Of a DNA stretch of 64,000 bases, positions 61,308 through 64,000 are shown piece after piece. Under the pieces are notes generated by a model. It saw only the letters and a list, made by a program, of their open reading frames with translations, was not told the origin of the DNA and made no database searches. A program made the position numbers and the translations under genes. Source of the stretch: Sedimentisphaerales bacterium (lineage in GTDB: Bacteria > Planctomycetota > Phycisphaerae > Sedimentisphaerales > Anaerobacaceae); the NCBI GenBank assembly GCA_963708075.1, contig OY970194.1:1632001-1696000 (forward strand), given 5' to 3'. Positions within the stretch are counted from its first letter, which is position 1. Every line of letters starts with the position of its first letter.

Positions 61308-62273
61308 TCAATCCTGTGCACGCATGCGCAGTCCTTTCCACCCGTGACAGACTCTGGAGACGCCTCGCGCGTATACGACAACACGGGACCATGCGCGGCG
61401 GCGGCCGCTCGGCGGCCACACCGTACGCGCAAGCCAGAACGGAATACGCAACAACAGAAACATGCCCATCAGTCCACAGCCGGCGACGTATGCGGGCCGC
61501 GAACGATGCTTGTGCAGAAACTGCAGAACCCCCGCTTTCAGTTGCAGGGTCATTTCATTGGCTGCCTGGGAGGAGCTGGCGCCGCCGAGATGGATGATCT
61601 CTCCCTGCGGAGCGAACAGGACCTTCCAGCCCGCTTGTCGAAATCGAAAGCACCAGTCCGTCTCCTCGCCATACATGAAGAAGCTCTCGTCCATCAGGCC
61701 CACCTGATCGATGGCCTCGCGGCGGGTCAGCATGAAACAGCCCGTGACCACCTCCACCTCGCGGACATCATCCCGTTTCCACCAGGTCATCTGCTCTCGC
61801 CCGAAGAAGCGGCTGCTCGGAAATAGCTTGTTCAGGCACGTGGCGAACAGGAACATGTTCAATACGGAAGGAACCATGAAACACGTCGGCTGCAGCGTCC
61901 GGTCGCGGTTCAGGACCCGGCAGCCAATGACGGCCGCGCGTGGATGCTGATCGGCGAAGGCTGCCATCTTGTCGATCGCGCCATCGAGCACGATCGTGTC
62001 GCTGTTGAGCAGCAGGACGTAGCGTCCGGCCGCTACCTTCATGCCCTGATTGTTCGCGGCGGCAAATCCCCTGTTCTCGGCGTTCTCAATGAGACGCACT
62101 CCGGGGAAATCGCGTTTCACCATCGCAGGTGTGCCGTCGGCGGACGCGTTGTCGATCACGAGGACTTCGAGGGAGACATTCCTGGTCTGGGCGTACACCG
62201 ACTCCAGGCAATCCCGCAGGATGTCCCGCGTGTTCCAACTGACGATGATCACGGATACGTCTATGCCGGCCAT
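61308..62273 (-). CDS. GT2 glycosyltransferase (read in frame with the upstream polymerase)
   Basis: VSVIIVSWNT, VIDNAS.DGT, N.GFAAANN, LLLNSD, F.MYGEETDWC. Confidence 0.88.
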   Translation of the reverse strand: MAGIDVSVIIVSWNTRDILRDCLESVYAQTRNVSLEVLVIDNASADGTPAMVKRDFPGVRLIENAENRGFAAANNQGMKVAAGRYVLLLNSDTIVLDGAIDKMAAFADQHPRAAVIGCRVLNRDRTLQPTCFMVPSVLNMFLFATCLNKLFPSSRFFGREQMTWWKRDDVREVEVVTGCFMLTRREAIDQVGLMDESFFMYGEETDWCFRFRQAGWKVLFAPQGEIIHLGGASSSQAANEMTLQLKAGVLQFLHKHRSRPAYVAGCGLMGMFLLLRIPFWLARTVWPPSGRRRAWSRVVVYARGVSRVCHGWKGLRMRAQD

Positions 62274-63698
62274 TGCAGCGGTCAGTATGTGGAGCTCTGC
62301 GAAATGGAAGTTGGGCTCGTTTGCAGAACTCCACTCAGTAGGAAACGGAGGGTCGAGCTGCGGCAGCTTCACTGGATCCACTGACCCGCGCGACGCGGGC
62401 GCCGCTTTCGCCGGCTCACCCACGGCGTCAGGCAGGAGCCCGGCAAAGGCCAGCAGCATGAAGAACACGGTTGTGGGCGGGCCAAAAAGCGAGACGCTCA
62501 TCATGGCAGCCCATAATCCAGACAGTGCACCTGACACACACCAGACGAGCCATCTGTCCGCGGTCAAGGGGCTCGCAAGGTAAGCCTTGCGAAGTCGCTT
62601 GGCCGCAACAATGTTGATGGCCAGGAAAGGCACCAGACCCATCAACCCGAACCGGTGAAGCTCCAGTATGTAGTGATTGACCGTATCGGTATACGAACGT
62701 CCGTCCAGCCTCGGGCCCCACCCGGGGTCCACATTGTAGCCAAAGCCGGTCAGCCAGTGGTTTGACATGCCGCCTTCGAACAGGGCCACATCGATCAAGC
62801 GGCTGCGATACCATGCCGTCCGCGAAGAGAAGGTGAAGTCACCCAGCACATCATAGAAGTGGCGATTGCTGATGATATCCACCGACGCACACATGAAGAC
62901 GACAACGATTACCGCTGTCTTCCAGTGCTGACGCCAGGGGAAATAAGCGATGAATCCTATAGCCAGCACGGCTGCAAGAACCGGCCCGCTGGACACAGAG
63001 GAGAAGACCCCCAGTCCCATGAGCGCCAGGCCAAACCAGCACACGACCTTCTCCCGGGTATTCTGCAACACCCCTGCACATGCGGGCCCCAGCATGGCAA
63101 AGAACAGGCCATACATGATGGAGTGCGAGAACCCCACGCTTGCACGGTTGAGGCCGAACCTCTCCGGCGATGTGTAATAGACTGTCCCTGCCTCTGGGGT
63201 CTCATAAATGCGCAGGAAACCCAGCGGATTCCACCCTGTGAGGCACTCGCTGAGGCCGACGACGCCTAACGGCGCTGCAACCAGCACAATGCCTTTGAGC
63301 AACTGCAGGTATTGTTCCCGGGTTTGGATGGCCAGACGCACGGCAAAGTACGGCAAGACCATGTCGAACACGGCGCCGGCCCGATTCTCGAGCAAGGCCA
63401 TCATGGAACTCGGACTAAAGACGCCGGCCAGCAGTTCGGCTGCAAAATAGGCTATGACCAATTTGTCCAGCAGGACGAATCGGAATGGGCGATCCGCCTT
63501 GGTTTGCAGAAGGAGTTTGGCAAGCAAGGCCAGGACGACAATTCGGCGCACGGTAAAGTCAATCGTCCCAACGGACACCATAAGATAGGACGGATACCAT
63601 GCAATTGCCGCCACGTACAGGACGAGCCCATACACTGGCCGGACAAAGAATACCAGGATTGCCAAAACACACGCGACGGCTAGCGTGAGTGCTTCCAT
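62274..63698 (-). CDS. O-antigen ligase / Wzy-like polymerase (no stop before the GT2)
   Basis: About 11 TM segments, RA...F.HSI, SSGP, YR..L, D.VNHY; EPS cluster context. Confidence 0.7.
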
Positions 63699-63936
63699 GA
63701 GATACCTCGTGCACTACAAATTATGAGACGCTCTTTTGCCACCCAAACAGGGACCGATAACCAGGCAAGGGCGGTTCTCCAGTCCAGCCCATCATCGGCA
63801 TGGAGGCTGGCATGACTTGAGGGCAACGCAGGCGCAACCGGTCTGGCATTGTGCCTGATGTCCTTCTGACCGACATGCCCCACCACCGATACGGACTTAC
63901 CCGTGAAGGCACAGCCAAGCGATGCAGCACATCCCG

Positions 63937-64000
63937 TTATCGCCCGCTCAGCAACAGCCGCTCCGCGAAACGTATCAGACGGTTTGCCCCCGGTGCCCTT
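63937..64000 (-). CDS. Possible 3' end of an upstream gene (RAPGANRLIRFAERLLLSGR*)
   Basis: Open frame from the window edge to TAA at 63937; too short to identify. Confidence 0.25.
   Translation of the reverse strand, partial: RAPGANRLIRFAERLLLSGR

Noticed and set aside
1..64000. tRNA/rRNA genes, integrase or prophage
   Set aside because: No cloverleaf with a T-loop, rRNA-like tract, recombinase or phage gene recognised by eye; tRNAscan was not run

Overview
GC-rich bacterial chromosomal window. Gene content (PAPGA-type PEP-CTERM tails, beta-helix/dockerin exoprotein, DUF6807 and Tat-exported Gfo/Idh/MocA proteins) suggests Planctomycetota, probably Phycisphaerae/Sedimentisphaerales; this is inference. 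1-37.8 kb holds housekeeping and accessory genes: ggt 3' end, a DUF2971 islet, murG and ftsW separated by a modular S8 protease, rubrerythrin, a Tat sugar oxidoreductase/isomerase operon, mprF, a REP-flanked RAYT remnant, a YtrA-GntR/ABC/ECF-sigma operon, tilS, sulfatase, pilT and class II RNR nrdJ. 37.9-64 kb is an exopolysaccharide plus exosortase/PEP-CTERM locus. Most notable: (1) each of the two PEP-CTERM genes is preceded by a long leader with a sigma70-like promoter and an ORF starting MW that reaches RGPP at residues 83-86, a candidate ribosome-arrest control; (2) both the exosortase and the priming glycosyltransferase carry N-terminal degenerate nucleotidyltransferase + left-handed beta-helix modules; (3) a carboxyethyl-ornithine-synthase/CapK/CapA module suggests opine-decorated EPS; (4) several palindromic repeat families are present, including a REP translated in frame inside murG. 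About a dozen genes, including tilS, carry single frameshifts, most likely long-read assembly indels, so splits and fusions need read-level confirmation. No rRNA, tRNA or CRISPR array was seen.
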